A DNA stretch of 64,000 nt from Candidatus Limnocylindrales bacterium (GTDB lineage Bacteria > Chloroflexota > Limnocylindria > Limnocylindrales > CSP1-4), in assembly GCA_036003325.1 (NCBI GenBank), contig DASYSM010000025.1, positions 2,633-66,632 of the forward strand, in the 5' to 3' direction. The notes under the pieces were generated by a model. The model searched no databases, had not been told where the DNA came from, and saw only the letters and a list, made by a program, of their open reading frames with translations. Each line of letters opens with the position of its first letter. The first letter of the stretch is position 1. The translations under genes and the position numbers were made by a program. Shown in pieces: positions 1-8,390 of the stretch.

Positions 1-786
1 CTGATGAGCGGTCGCGCCACGCTCATCCAGACCAAGACCAAGGCCGAGGGCTCGGTCTTCGTCAACTCGTTCCTGTCCGAGATCACCAGGAGCAAGGGCG
101 TCGGGCCGACGGTCGCGCGGGCCGCCTTCGCCAGCAAGACGACCGACGGCGTGGTGGACCTCGATGCGGACGACGACCCGGCGCCGATCGCCGATGCCAG
201 CTCGATCGCGGTGGTCGGGTCGGGCAACCTCGGGCTGGTCTACTTCACCGGCAACGACCATCGGCTCACCGTCGAGGAGCTCGAGGCGCTCCACCCGGGT
301 CTCGTGGCGGCGGTGGCGGCCCATCCCGGCGTCGGGATGCTGATGGTCCGCTCGCAGGAGTTCGGTGCCGTCGTCTTCGGTCCGCGCGGGACGCGATTCC
401 TCGACACCGACAAGGTCGAGGGCGAGGACCCGACCGCCCTGTTCGGGCCACACACGGTCATGAGCCTCAAGCGCGAGGACGCGATGACCCACGCTCCGGA
501 CCTGCTGCTGCTCAGCCAGTACGACCCCGAGCTCGGGGAGGTCGCCGCGTTCGAGGAGCTGATCGGCTCGCACGGCGGACTCGGCGGCCCGCAGACCGAG
601 CCGTTCATCCTCCACCCCGTCGAGTGGCAGCTCGACGAAGACGTGCCGCTCGGCGCGCCGGCCATCTATCGCAACATCCGACGCTGGCTCGACTCGATCG
701 GGATCCCTCTCGGCAAGCAGTCGACCACCGGCGCGGCGACGATGCCCGCGGAGCCGGCGGTCCCGGAGCCGGTCGCGACCGGCTGA
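1..786 (+). CDS. alkaline-phosphatase/NPP-superfamily (type I phosphodiesterase-like) protein, C-terminal part; 5' end outside the window
   Basis: The frame is open to the window edge (CTG at 1-3 precedes the first ATG at 4). The C-terminal motifs GSGNLGLVYF and IGSHGGLGGPQTEPF are recalled from this family. Codon usage is GC3-rich. Confidence 0.55.
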   Translation: MMSGRATLIQTKTKAEGSVFVNSFLSEITRSKGVGPTVARAAFASKTTDGVVDLDADDDPAPIADASSIAVVGSGNLGLVYFTGNDHRLTVEELEALHPGLVAAVAAHPGVGMLMVRSQEFGAVVFGPRGTRFLDTDKVEGEDPTALFGPHTVMSLKREDAMTHAPDLLLLSQYDPELGEVAAFEELIGSHGGLGGPQTEPFILHPVEWQLDEDVPLGAPAIYRNIRRWLDSIGIPLGKQSTTGAATMPAEPAVPEPVATG

Positions 787-805
787 TCGTCCGGGACGGC
801 CGGGA

Positions 806-1810
806 TCAGCTGCCCGGCGACACCGATGCGCTGACCGCTCCCGACGGCCGGACGATGCAGCGGAAGCCGATGTGGCCGGTCGACGTCTCGACGGACTGGG
901 CCTGGCGCGCGGCCGGCCGGTAGCGCAGGCAGTAGTTCGGCGCGCACAGGTGCGAGCCGCCCTTGACGACCATCCGCGGGAAGCGCTCACCGGGCTGACC
1001 GACGTCGAATGACGCCTCGGGCGAGGTGACGCGCGGGTTGACCCGCGGTCCGGATGGGCCACAGCAGGCGTGGATGGCCTGCTCGGGGTGGGCCGGAGCG
1101 TAGTAGTCGGTCGTCCACTCCCAGACATTGCCGGCCATGTCGAACAGGCCGAAGCCGTTCGGCGGGAACGCCTTGACCGGCGATGTCCCTTCGTACCGAT
1201 CGGTCCGCAGGTTCTGCCAGGGGAACTCGCCCTGCCAGGTGTTGGCCATCATCCGGCCCTTCGGCGCGAACTCGTCGCCCCAGGTGTAGACCGCGCCATC
1301 GAGACCACCGCGGGCTGCGAACTCCCACTCGGCCTCGGTCGGCAATGCCTTGCCGGCCCACGCCGCGTAGGCCGTCGCGTCCACATACGCGACGTGGGTC
1401 ACCGGATGCCGGTCGCGACCGGTCAGATCGCTGCCCGGGCCCTCGGGGTGTCGCCATTGCGCGCCGGGCACCCAGTGCCACCAGTTCCGGTAGTCGTCGA
1501 GGTCGACCGGCCCGCGCGTCGGGTGGAACACGAGCGAGCCCGGGACGAGGAGCGCCGGGTCCGCGTCCGGGTAGTCCGCCCGGTCGAGCGGGCGTTCGGC
1601 GAGGGTGACATGGCCGGTCGCCTTGACGAAGCGGCGGAACTCGCTGACGGTCACCTGGTGGTCGTCCATCCAGAAACCGTCGACGGTCACGGCATGGACG
1701 GGCCGCTCCTCGGGATAGTGGACGTCCGAGCCCATCCGGAAGGTGCCGCCCGGGATCGCGACCATGTCCGGGTCTGGCGGCATGCCCTGGATCGTGCCGT
1801 GCTCCGACAT
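806..1810 (-). CDS. formylglycine-generating enzyme (FGE/SUMF1) family protein
   Basis: FGE-sulfatase hallmarks are present: IPGGTFRMGSD, RPVHAVTVDGFWMD, NVWEWT and GGSHLCAPNYCLRYRPAAR. I prefer the start at ATG 1810 (MSEHG). The ORF remains open up to ATG 1864. Confidence 0.85.
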   Translation of the reverse strand: MSEHGTIQGMPPDPDMVAIPGGTFRMGSDVHYPEERPVHAVTVDGFWMDDHQVTVSEFRRFVKATGHVTLAERPLDRADYPDADPALLVPGSLVFHPTRGPVDLDDYRNWWHWVPGAQWRHPEGPGSDLTGRDRHPVTHVAYVDATAYAAWAGKALPTEAEWEFAARGGLDGAVYTWGDEFAPKGRMMANTWQGEFPWQNLRTDRYEGTSPVKAFPPNGFGLFDMAGNVWEWTTDYYAPAHPEQAIHACCGPSGPRVNPRVTSPEASFDVGQPGERFPRMVVKGGSHLCAPNYCLRYRPAARQAQSVETSTGHIGFRCIVRPSGAVSASVSPGS

Positions 1811-1890
1811 GGCGCACAGCCTACGGCGTGGCTCCGAGCCGTGGGGCACGCGGCGGCGCATCATGGAGCGGTATCCGCAGGAGGCAGCCG

Positions 1891-2361
1891 ATGGCGAAGA
1901 TCCACTACGAGGCCGACGGGACGATCCCGGCCGCGCGGTTCATCGCCGCGCTGACCGACTTCGGCCCCCGACGGCCGGAGCTCTGGCCTGGCCTGGACGC
2001 CAGGTTCTACACGGTGCACGAGGTGGGCGACACGTGGGCCGACGTGACCGAGGGGACCGACATCCTCGGCGGCGTCTGGGCGCGCGAGCACTACGACTGG
2101 TCGGAGCCCGGCCTCGTCCGGCTCCGGATGGTGGACTCCAACGACTTCCGGTCAGGCACGGTCATCGACTACCACGTGACAGACCGGCCCGAGGGTGGCT
2201 GCCACGTCGCGGTCGACTTCCAGCGCGTCGCCACCAGCGCCCGCGGCAAGTTCATCGGGCTCGCGGTGCAGCTGTTCGGCGCACGGCGGTTCGCCGGCGA
2301 GCTGCGCCAGGCGCTCGATCGGTTGGCGCAGATGCCGTCAGACCCGCCGACCGCGGGCTGA
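1891..2361 (+). CDS. SRPBCC-like (polyketide cyclase/dehydrase fold) small protein
   Basis: ATG 1891 (MAKIHYEADG) is preceded by the Shine-Dalgarno sequence AGGAGG 8 nt upstream. I trimmed it from track ORF 1828..2361. The family call rests on overall similarity from memory only. Confidence 0.55.
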   Translation: MAKIHYEADGTIPAARFIAALTDFGPRRPELWPGLDARFYTVHEVGDTWADVTEGTDILGGVWAREHYDWSEPGLVRLRMVDSNDFRSGTVIDYHVTDRPEGGCHVAVDFQRVATSARGKFIGLAVQLFGARRFAGELRQALDRLAQMPSDPPTAG

Positions 2362-2424
2362 CCGGCGAGGGTCAGCCCGAGGGCGGTCACGCGCCGGTTG
2401 CGTGGGGCATCACGATCGCCCCGG

Positions 2425-2976
2425 TCAGTCGCCGGCGTGGGCCTCTTCGAGGGTCTTGCTGCCGTCCTGGTCGACGCCCAGTCCGGCGGGATAGCCGGTG
2501 GCATCGATCGGCGTCGCGTCGGCGAACGGCGAGGTCTCGATCGTCGCGGTCTCGGCCGCGTCGAACGCCACCGCTTCGTCCGGCCCGACGTCGAGCGTCT
2601 GATCGGTCTCCGGCCGCATCGCGCTCACGCGCTCACGGACGGCGGCCGCACCGGCCGACAGGCGGGCCCGAACAGCCTGATTGGTGAGGACCGCGACGGC
2701 GACCCCGGCGACGATCAGCCCGCCGACGGCCAGCGGCCAGCGTGGGCGTCGCGCGCGCGGGATCAGGTGGAGGGCGACCGCCGCGGCCGTCGCCATCCGA
2801 CCGAGCGACTTCGTCGCCTGGTCGACATCGGGCCGCTCGATCCGGCTGAGGTCGACGTCCGGCATCCGGACCTCGGGCATCCGGATGTCGGAGAGCGCGC
2901 GGACGATCTCCTCGCGCTTGATCTCGGGGAGGTGGAGCTCCGACGGGCGGACCTCCTTGACGGGGAGCTCAGGCAT
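2425..2976 (-). CDS. hypothetical single-pass membrane protein
   Basis: ATG 2976 is preceded by GAAGGAGGAG. There is one hydrophobic helix (WPLAVGGLIVAGVAVAVLT) and a charged repetitive N-terminus (LPEIK, RMPEV, RMPDV). I recognise no family. Confidence 0.5.
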   Translation of the reverse strand: MPELPVKEVRPSELHLPEIKREEIVRALSDIRMPEVRMPDVDLSRIERPDVDQATKSLGRMATAAAVALHLIPRARRPRWPLAVGGLIVAGVAVAVLTNQAVRARLSAGAAAVRERVSAMRPETDQTLDVGPDEAVAFDAAETATIETSPFADATPIDATGYPAGLGVDQDGSKTLEEAHAGD

Positions 2977-3165
2977 CTGACTCCTCCTTCGGGCGGGGTC
3001 TGCGTGGACCCCAAGGATACGCCCGGTGTCCCACGCCGAGGTCCGGGCAGCGCGTTACAGTATCGACTCACGACCTTGCGAACGCGGGTGGTCCACCACC
3101 CGACGTGGTGGCTGCGGAGGGGGGCGATCGATGGACCAGGCGACGTCCCGCGGGACGGACCGAGG

Positions 3166-4494
3166 ATGAGCCGACGACGGACGCTGGCCATGGGGGCCGG
3201 GCTCGCAGCCGCGACAGCGGCGATGCGCCGACGCAAGACGCGCGTGCCGACCGACCCGTTCGACCCGAACGCGGTCCGCGCCGAGACGGCCGCCGTCCGG
3301 ACCGCGGAGCTCGTCGCGCGCCCGCACGTCCGCCGGGCGGATCTCGCGCTCACGTTCGCACCGGCCATCGCGACGACGGTCGATCCCCTGCTCCACGGCA
3401 ACCGCTACTTCCCACGCATCCTCGAGGACATCGCGGGCGCCACGGACCACGTCCATCTGCTGATCTATGGCTACAAGCCAGGCGACATCGGGACGACGTT
3501 CCTCGAGGCACTGTCGAAGAAGGTCGCCGAGGGTGTCGAGGTGCGCCTCGCGGTCGATGCCATCGGCAGCGAGGTCGACCTCGGCAGCAAGGCCCTGTTC
3601 CGCCAGCTGCGCGAGGCCGGGATCGAGGTCGTCGCCCACGACGGGATCGTGGTCCTCCGAAAGGGCGAGCTCGGGGCCCAGCAGTTCCGGCCGCATGCCG
3701 AGGACCTGCTCCATTTCGACCACCGCAAGATGGTCGTCGTCGACGGTCGGGTCGGTTATGTCGGTGGCAGCGGCATCGAGGACCACTACAACGACGAGCG
3801 GTTCTACGACGTCATGTGCCGGGTCGAAGGGCCGATCGTCGCGCAGCTCGCGGCCGTGTTCCTGATCAGCTGGCGCAACAACGGCGGCGACGCCCCGGAC
3901 GATCCGTCCCTCCTGCGCTATTTCCCGCCGGCCACCCTGGCGGTCGCCGCGGATGCGCCGCTCCATTCCCCGACGACGGTGCTCTGGAACGTCCCGGGGA
4001 CCGGCCACCATCCGATCAGCGACACCATCGAGCGGGCGCTCGAGGACGCCGCCACCGAGATCCACATCGTCAACCCCTACATCTCCAACCGGGCCATCCT
4101 CGAACGCCTCCTCGAGGCGGCCCTCCGCGGCGTGCGGGTCCGGCTCATCGCCCCCGGCAAGCCGACACCGCCCTACCCGGCGGCGGCGTTCCGGCACTGG
4201 TATGGCCGTCTGATGGACGCCGGCGTCGAGATCCTGCTCCACCCGGAGATGGCGCACGCCAAGGTGTTGCGCATCGACGACCAGGTCCTCATCGGGGGCT
4301 GCAACCTCGATGACCTGTCCCTCTTCCGCAACGACGAGCTCGACCTGCTGTTCGCGGACCCGGCCGTGGCCGAGCTGACCGAGCGCCAGATCTTCGACCA
4401 GCTCGTCGCGATGTCCACCCCTGCCAGCGCGACGACGGCCGTGCGACAACGGGTCTGGAATGCCGCCATGGACCGGGTGTCGCGGTTCCTCTGA
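3166..4494 (+). CDS. phospholipase D family protein, cardiolipin-synthase-like
   Basis: Two HKD motifs are present: HFDHRKMVVVDGRVGYVGGSGI and HAKVLRIDDQVLIGGCNLD. There is an N-terminal hydrophobic anchor. Track ORF 2398..4494 was trimmed to ATG 3166 (MSRRRTLAMG), because the upstream part is low-complexity Arg/Gly/Asp sequence. Confidence 0.85.
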   Translation: MSRRRTLAMGAGLAAATAAMRRRKTRVPTDPFDPNAVRAETAAVRTAELVARPHVRRADLALTFAPAIATTVDPLLHGNRYFPRILEDIAGATDHVHLLIYGYKPGDIGTTFLEALSKKVAEGVEVRLAVDAIGSEVDLGSKALFRQLREAGIEVVAHDGIVVLRKGELGAQQFRPHAEDLLHFDHRKMVVVDGRVGYVGGSGIEDHYNDERFYDVMCRVEGPIVAQLAAVFLISWRNNGGDAPDDPSLLRYFPPATLAVAADAPLHSPTTVLWNVPGTGHHPISDTIERALEDAATEIHIVNPYISNRAILERLLEAALRGVRVRLIAPGKPTPPYPAAAFRHWYGRLMDAGVEILLHPEMAHAKVLRIDDQVLIGGCNLDDLSLFRNDELDLLFADPAVAELTERQIFDQLVAMSTPASATTAVRQRVWNAAMDRVSRFL

Positions 4495-4498
4495 TCGA

Positions 4499-4522
4499 GC
4501 CTGCAGCACACAGCGTGCAGGC
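4499..4522 (+). terminator. GC hairpin after the PLD gene (GCCTGCA-N10-TGCAGGC)
   Basis: A 7-bp inverted repeat lies 5 nt after stop codon 4494. There is no T-tract, as is common in high-GC genomes. Confidence 0.3.
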
Positions 4523-4557
4523 GCAAGATGAACGACCGTCAAAGAGAAAGGGAGTGA

Positions 4558-4980
4558 ATGGCTATGGGTCCGGTTGACTACATCGCGATCGCGTTTCCGG
4601 GGAACAAGTTCTCGGGAGCGATCATCCCCGAGATCAAGAGGCTGCAGGACGCAGGGACGATCCGTGTCCTCGACCTGGTGATCATCACCAAGGACGGTGA
4701 CGGAAACGTCGCGGCGGTCGAGCTTCAGGACGCGGGTCCCGAAGAGGCCGCCGCACTGCAATCGCTCGGCATCCATGGCCAGAACCTGCTCGGCCAGGAG
4801 GACTTCGAGGACTTCGGAGAAGCCCTCGACCTGAACTCGACGTGCGGTCTGCTCGTCTGGGAGAACGTCTGGGCCGCTCCCTTCGTGGACACGGTCCGTG
4901 ACGCCGACGGCATCATGCTCGCCGCCGGGCGGATCCCTGCCGACATCGTCGAGGAGACGATGGCTTTGGCCGCCTCTTGA
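4558..4980 (+). CDS. DUF6325-like uncharacterised protein
   Basis: A strong Shine-Dalgarno sequence (AAGGGAG) precedes the start. The N-terminus MGPVDYIAIAFPGNKFSGAIIPEI..IRVLDLVIITKD matches my memory of the actinobacterial DUF6325 family and needs an HMM check. Confidence 0.6.
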   Translation: MAMGPVDYIAIAFPGNKFSGAIIPEIKRLQDAGTIRVLDLVIITKDGDGNVAAVELQDAGPEEAAALQSLGIHGQNLLGQEDFEDFGEALDLNSTCGLLVWENVWAAPFVDTVRDADGIMLAAGRIPADIVEETMALAAS

Positions 4981-5021
4981 CCCTTACCATCACCACCGAC
5001 TGAGCGAAAGGAGTCCACACG

Positions 5022-5321
5022 ATGATGCGACGCCGAGGCGGCCTGGTCCGGGCCGCCGCCACCACCGCGGTCGTTGCCGGCACGGCCGGAGCCGTCCGTC
5101 ACCACCAGGAGCAGAAGTACCAGTCGCAGGCGGAGGCCCAGGCCTACGAGCAGCAGCAGCAGGCTGCAGCCGCGGCACCGCAGCAGTACGCGGCACCAGC
5201 CCCGGCCGAGGCGGAAGACCCGCAGACGGCGCAGCTCGAGAAGCTCGCCCAGCTCCACGCCCAGGGCATCCTGACCGACGACGAGTACGCCGCGGCGAAG
5301 GCCAAGGCCCTCGGGATCTGA
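5022..5321 (+). CDS. SHOCT domain-containing protein
   Basis: The Shine-Dalgarno sequence is AAGGAG. There is an N-terminal hydrophobic segment, a Gln/Ala-rich linker and a C-terminal SHOCT signature LEKLAQLHAQGILTDDEYAAAKAKALGI. Confidence 0.75.
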   Translation: MMRRRGGLVRAAATTAVVAGTAGAVRHHQEQKYQSQAEAQAYEQQQQAAAAAPQQYAAPAPAEAEDPQTAQLEKLAQLHAQGILTDDEYAAAKAKALGI

Positions 5322-5362
5322 CACGCGCGCCGGATCGACCGGCGCATCCGACGATCCGTCTG

Positions 5363-5404
5363 ACGACGCGGTCGGGCTCGGCTTCGGCCGGCCGGCCGCG
5401 TCGT
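5363..5404. terminator. inverted repeat ACGACGCGG-N24-CCGCGTCGT between convergent genes
   Basis: 9-bp perfect arms lie in the 108-bp convergent spacer between the SHOCT gene and the AI-2E gene. Confidence 0.3.
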
Positions 5405-5429
5405 TCGGTGTCCGGCGCCCCCGGGCCGG

Positions 5430-7613
5430 TCAGCCTCCGGTCGGTGCGACCGTGGGCACCAGCTCGGCCGGCTCGGCCGCGGCGGCGGCATCCGCGTCGA
5501 CAGCGTCCACGGGCTTCGTGTCGAGCACGCGCAGGACCGTCCGCCAGGTCGCCGCCACGACGCCGAGGAACGGGACGACCAGGAACATGCCGATGACACC
5601 GGCGATCTCGTTCCCGGCGGGGATGGCCACCAGCACGACCGCCGGATGGATGCTCACCACCCGGCTGTAGACGACCGGCGCGACGATGTTGCCCTGGACG
5701 ATGTTGAAGACGATGGTGAAGATGGCCATGATCGCGATGTCCTGGGGCGAGCCCGTGGCCACCGTCACGAGGAAGGCCAGACCCGTGGTGATGATCGACC
5801 CGATGTACGGGATGAAGCCACCGAAGACGGCCAGGACCGCCAGCGGCAGCGCGAACGGGATGCCCAGGATGACCATGATCAGGAACTGGGTGGCCGCGCC
5901 GAAGAGCGAGATGGCGCCGGTCCCGAGCATGTAGCCGCCGAGCACATCGAATGCCCGCCTGCCGGCCGCGGCGACGTGCGAGCGCCGACCGGGCTCCACC
6001 CGACCGAGGAACGCCTGCCAGAAGGCACCCCCGTCGCGCATGAAGTAGAAGGTCAGCAGGGTCGCCAGCAGGAGGATCACGGCGACGCCGGCGAGGGTCG
6101 ACAGGAAGCCGGCGATGGTGACCAGGATCCCGACGCCGAAGGTCTGCACGAGCGTGACGAGGATCCCGGCCTGTCCACCGGTGCTGCTGTCGGCCGAGCC
6201 GGCGCCGGAGACGGCGCTGTTGATTGCGTCGCTGACTGGGGCGGCCAGTGAGATCAGGGTCAGACCGACGAGGATCACGATGCCGAGCGCGGCGCCGACG
6301 GTCGCGCCGAGGGCGGCACGATCGTGGCTCCAGCCACGTCTCTCGAGCCCGCCGGCGAGCGGGGCGAGCGTGGCCGCCAGCACCACGCCGAGGACCAGCG
6401 GGATGACCACGATCGGGACCGCCACCACCACGCCGACGAAGACGGCGAGGAGGCCGATCGAGACGAGCAGCCGCCAGCTCCACTGCCCCAGCCGATCGAG
6501 CCAGACCGGGACCATCGGATCCGTCGAGATCGCCCGGGCATCCGGGCCGACCCCCAGGATCGACACGAGGGCGCCGACGATCGCGAGGGCGAAAGCCACG
6601 ACCGGGATGGCGACGAACAGGCCGATGATGCCGGCCAGCGCGGCGCCAGCGGGGAGCGCGATGAGCACGAGGGCCGGGTGGATGTGGACCGTCCGGTGGT
6701 AGACGATCGGGGCCAGGAACTTGCCCTGGATGATGTCGAGGATCGCGATCAGCACGAGCAGCACGATGGCGGCCGTCTGGCCGACGCTGGCGAGTGTCGC
6801 GAACAGCACGATGATCGTCGTGACCAACCCGCCGATGTACGGGATGAACCGGCCGAGGAAGACGATGACCCCGAGCGCCGGCGCGTTCGGGACACCGAGG
6901 ATCACCAGGAACAGCGCCTCGAAGAACCCGTCGAAGGCGGCGATCACGGCGGTGCCGCGCAGGTAGCCGCCGACCCTGGCCAGGGCGACATCGCCCGCCG
7001 TCGCGATCGCCTCGCGACGCCACGGGCTCGTCGAGGCCATCGCCCAGCCCCATGCCTTGTCTCCGTCCATCATGAAGAAGAAGGTCAGGAAGGTCGCCAG
7101 GAGGGCCACCGTCGCCACCGTCCCGATCGTGCCGACCAGCTCCGAGACCTCGCTGGAGATCCATGCCTGGAGCCCTTGCGTGGCGTGATCGATGGCTGCC
7201 CCGACCTCGGGCGGGATGTCGAGGCCGGCCAGCAGCGACTTCAGGCTCGCGACCCCGGTCGTGATGCCATCGACCACCGAGCTGATAGCCGGCAGGAAGG
7301 CGATGACGATGATCGCGATCGTGGCGATGATCACGGCCATCGCGCCGAGGAAGACCACCCCGGCGGCCTTGATCCGTGACCAGCCGCGGTCGCGCAAGGC
7401 GAGCACGAACGGTGCGAACGTGGCGGCCACGATGGCGGCCACCAGGATCGACGCGGTCACCGTGCCGAGCAGGACGGCGATGCGGATGAGGACCAGCCCG
7501 AGCGCGATCGTGGCCAGCAGCCGCCAGCCGACCGCGGCGAGACGCTGGAGCCATCCCGGCACGAGGCCGTTGCGCTCGGGCATCGGCGGTGCGATCTCGG
7601 TCATCTCCCTCAC
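5430..7613 (-). CDS. tandem-fused AI-2E (PerM/UPF0118) family transporter with two complete repeats
   Basis: The two halves are homologous: WLQRLAAVGWRLL vs WLDRLGQWSWRLL, FLTFFFMMDGDKAW vs LLTFYFMRDGGAFW, and GRFIPYIGG vs GGFIPYIGS. The start is GTG 7613, with ATG 7604 as an alternative. Confidence 0.85.
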   Translation of the reverse strand: MREMTEIAPPMPERNGLVPGWLQRLAAVGWRLLATIALGLVLIRIAVLLGTVTASILVAAIVAATFAPFVLALRDRGWSRIKAAGVVFLGAMAVIIATIAIIVIAFLPAISSVVDGITTGVASLKSLLAGLDIPPEVGAAIDHATQGLQAWISSEVSELVGTIGTVATVALLATFLTFFFMMDGDKAWGWAMASTSPWRREAIATAGDVALARVGGYLRGTAVIAAFDGFFEALFLVILGVPNAPALGVIVFLGRFIPYIGGLVTTIIVLFATLASVGQTAAIVLLVLIAILDIIQGKFLAPIVYHRTVHIHPALVLIALPAGAALAGIIGLFVAIPVVAFALAIVGALVSILGVGPDARAISTDPMVPVWLDRLGQWSWRLLVSIGLLAVFVGVVVAVPIVVIPLVLGVVLAATLAPLAGGLERRGWSHDRAALGATVGAALGIVILVGLTLISLAAPVSDAINSAVSGAGSADSSTGGQAGILVTLVQTFGVGILVTIAGFLSTLAGVAVILLLATLLTFYFMRDGGAFWQAFLGRVEPGRRSHVAAAGRRAFDVLGGYMLGTGAISLFGAATQFLIMVILGIPFALPLAVLAVFGGFIPYIGSIITTGLAFLVTVATGSPQDIAIMAIFTIVFNIVQGNIVAPVVYSRVVSIHPAVVLVAIPAGNEIAGVIGMFLVVPFLGVVAATWRTVLRVLDTKPVDAVDADAAAAAEPAELVPTVAPTGG

Positions 7614-7721
7614 CGCTCCAGTTGACGCACCCGTGCGGGCGGTGCCGGGAGTCTACCTGACGCTGACTGCCCGTCTTGCGCCCTCGCGACCGGCGTCGGG
7701 CGCAGTGTAGGCTCGTCCACC

Positions 7722-8369
7722 ATGGAGCCCAGGGAGACGTCGCCGACGGGCATGCGCACGATCCGCGCGGCCGGCGTGGCGGGGCTGCTCTTCTCGGGCC
7801 TGCTGACGACCTCGCTCATCCTCTTCCGCTCGAGCCCCGCCATCGACCCGGATCCGACCGCGAACGGGGGTGCGAGCGACGCCTGGGGGGTCGCCCTCTA
7901 CCTCGTGCCGTTCAGCGGCATCGCCTTCCTGTGGTTCCTGGCCGTCGTGCGGCTCCGCATCGGCCGCCGCGAGGACCAGTTCTTCTCGACCGTCTTCCTG
8001 GGTAGCGGTCTGCTGTTCATCGCGATGCTGTTCGCGGCCGACGCGGTGGCCGGCGGGGTCGTGGCGATGGCCCAGGCTGGGGCGCAGGCGACCGACCCGG
8101 CATACGCCTTCGGGCGCGCCCTGGCGGCCACCCTGTTCTTCGTGTTCGCGGTCAAGATGGCGGCCGTGTTCATGCTCGTGTCCTCGAACATCGGCCGCCG
8201 AACGGGCTTCCTCCCGCGCTGGTTCGTCGTCGTCGGCATCCTCGCCGCCGCCGTCATGCTGCTGAGCGTCGGCTTCTTCCAGCCACTGGCCCTGATCTTC
8301 CCCGCCTGGGTCGCGGTCGTCTCGGTGCTGCTGCTCCGGGCCCATCCCGCCAGCTGGGATGCCGGCTGA
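7722..8369 (+). CDS. hypothetical polytopic membrane protein
   Basis: There are about six hydrophobic helices and the ORF has coherent GC3 usage. It is divergent from the AI-2E gene. I recognise no family. Confidence 0.55.
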   Translation: MEPRETSPTGMRTIRAAGVAGLLFSGLLTTSLILFRSSPAIDPDPTANGGASDAWGVALYLVPFSGIAFLWFLAVVRLRIGRREDQFFSTVFLGSGLLFIAMLFAADAVAGGVVAMAQAGAQATDPAYAFGRALAATLFFVFAVKMAAVFMLVSSNIGRRTGFLPRWFVVVGILAAAVMLLSVGFFQPLALIFPAWVAVVSVLLLRAHPASWDAG

Positions 8370-8390
8370 CCCGGACGGCTCGATGCGGGG

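Noticed and set aside
2398-3165. Long N-terminal extensions in the ORF track. They affect the PLD ORF from 2398, OsmC from 11864, the PTE-like gene up to 14989, the 2-hydroxyacid dehydrogenase from 17617, the membrane protein from 18096, fabI from 35744, CoA-transferase B up to 29484, the ABC-2 permease up to 43348 and E1-beta up to 48222.
   Set aside because: The extensions are low-complexity, overlap neighbouring real genes, and have internal starts with good Shine-Dalgarno sequences that give canonical family N-termini.
4990-7554. 854-aa ORF on the minus strand overlapping the AI-2E gene in another frame. There are similar giant shadow ORFs: 8688..11219 (+), 15567..17732 (-), 22103..23995 (+), 28925..31420 (+), 31473..33029 (-), 34086..35663 (+), 55695..57575 (+), 3055..4776 (-), 20530..21843 (-) and 62186..63439 (-).
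   Set aside because: These are typical high-GC off-frame or antisense ORFs with extreme Arg/Gly/Pro/Asp composition and no recognisable motifs. Each fully overlaps a gene with clear family signatures in another frame.
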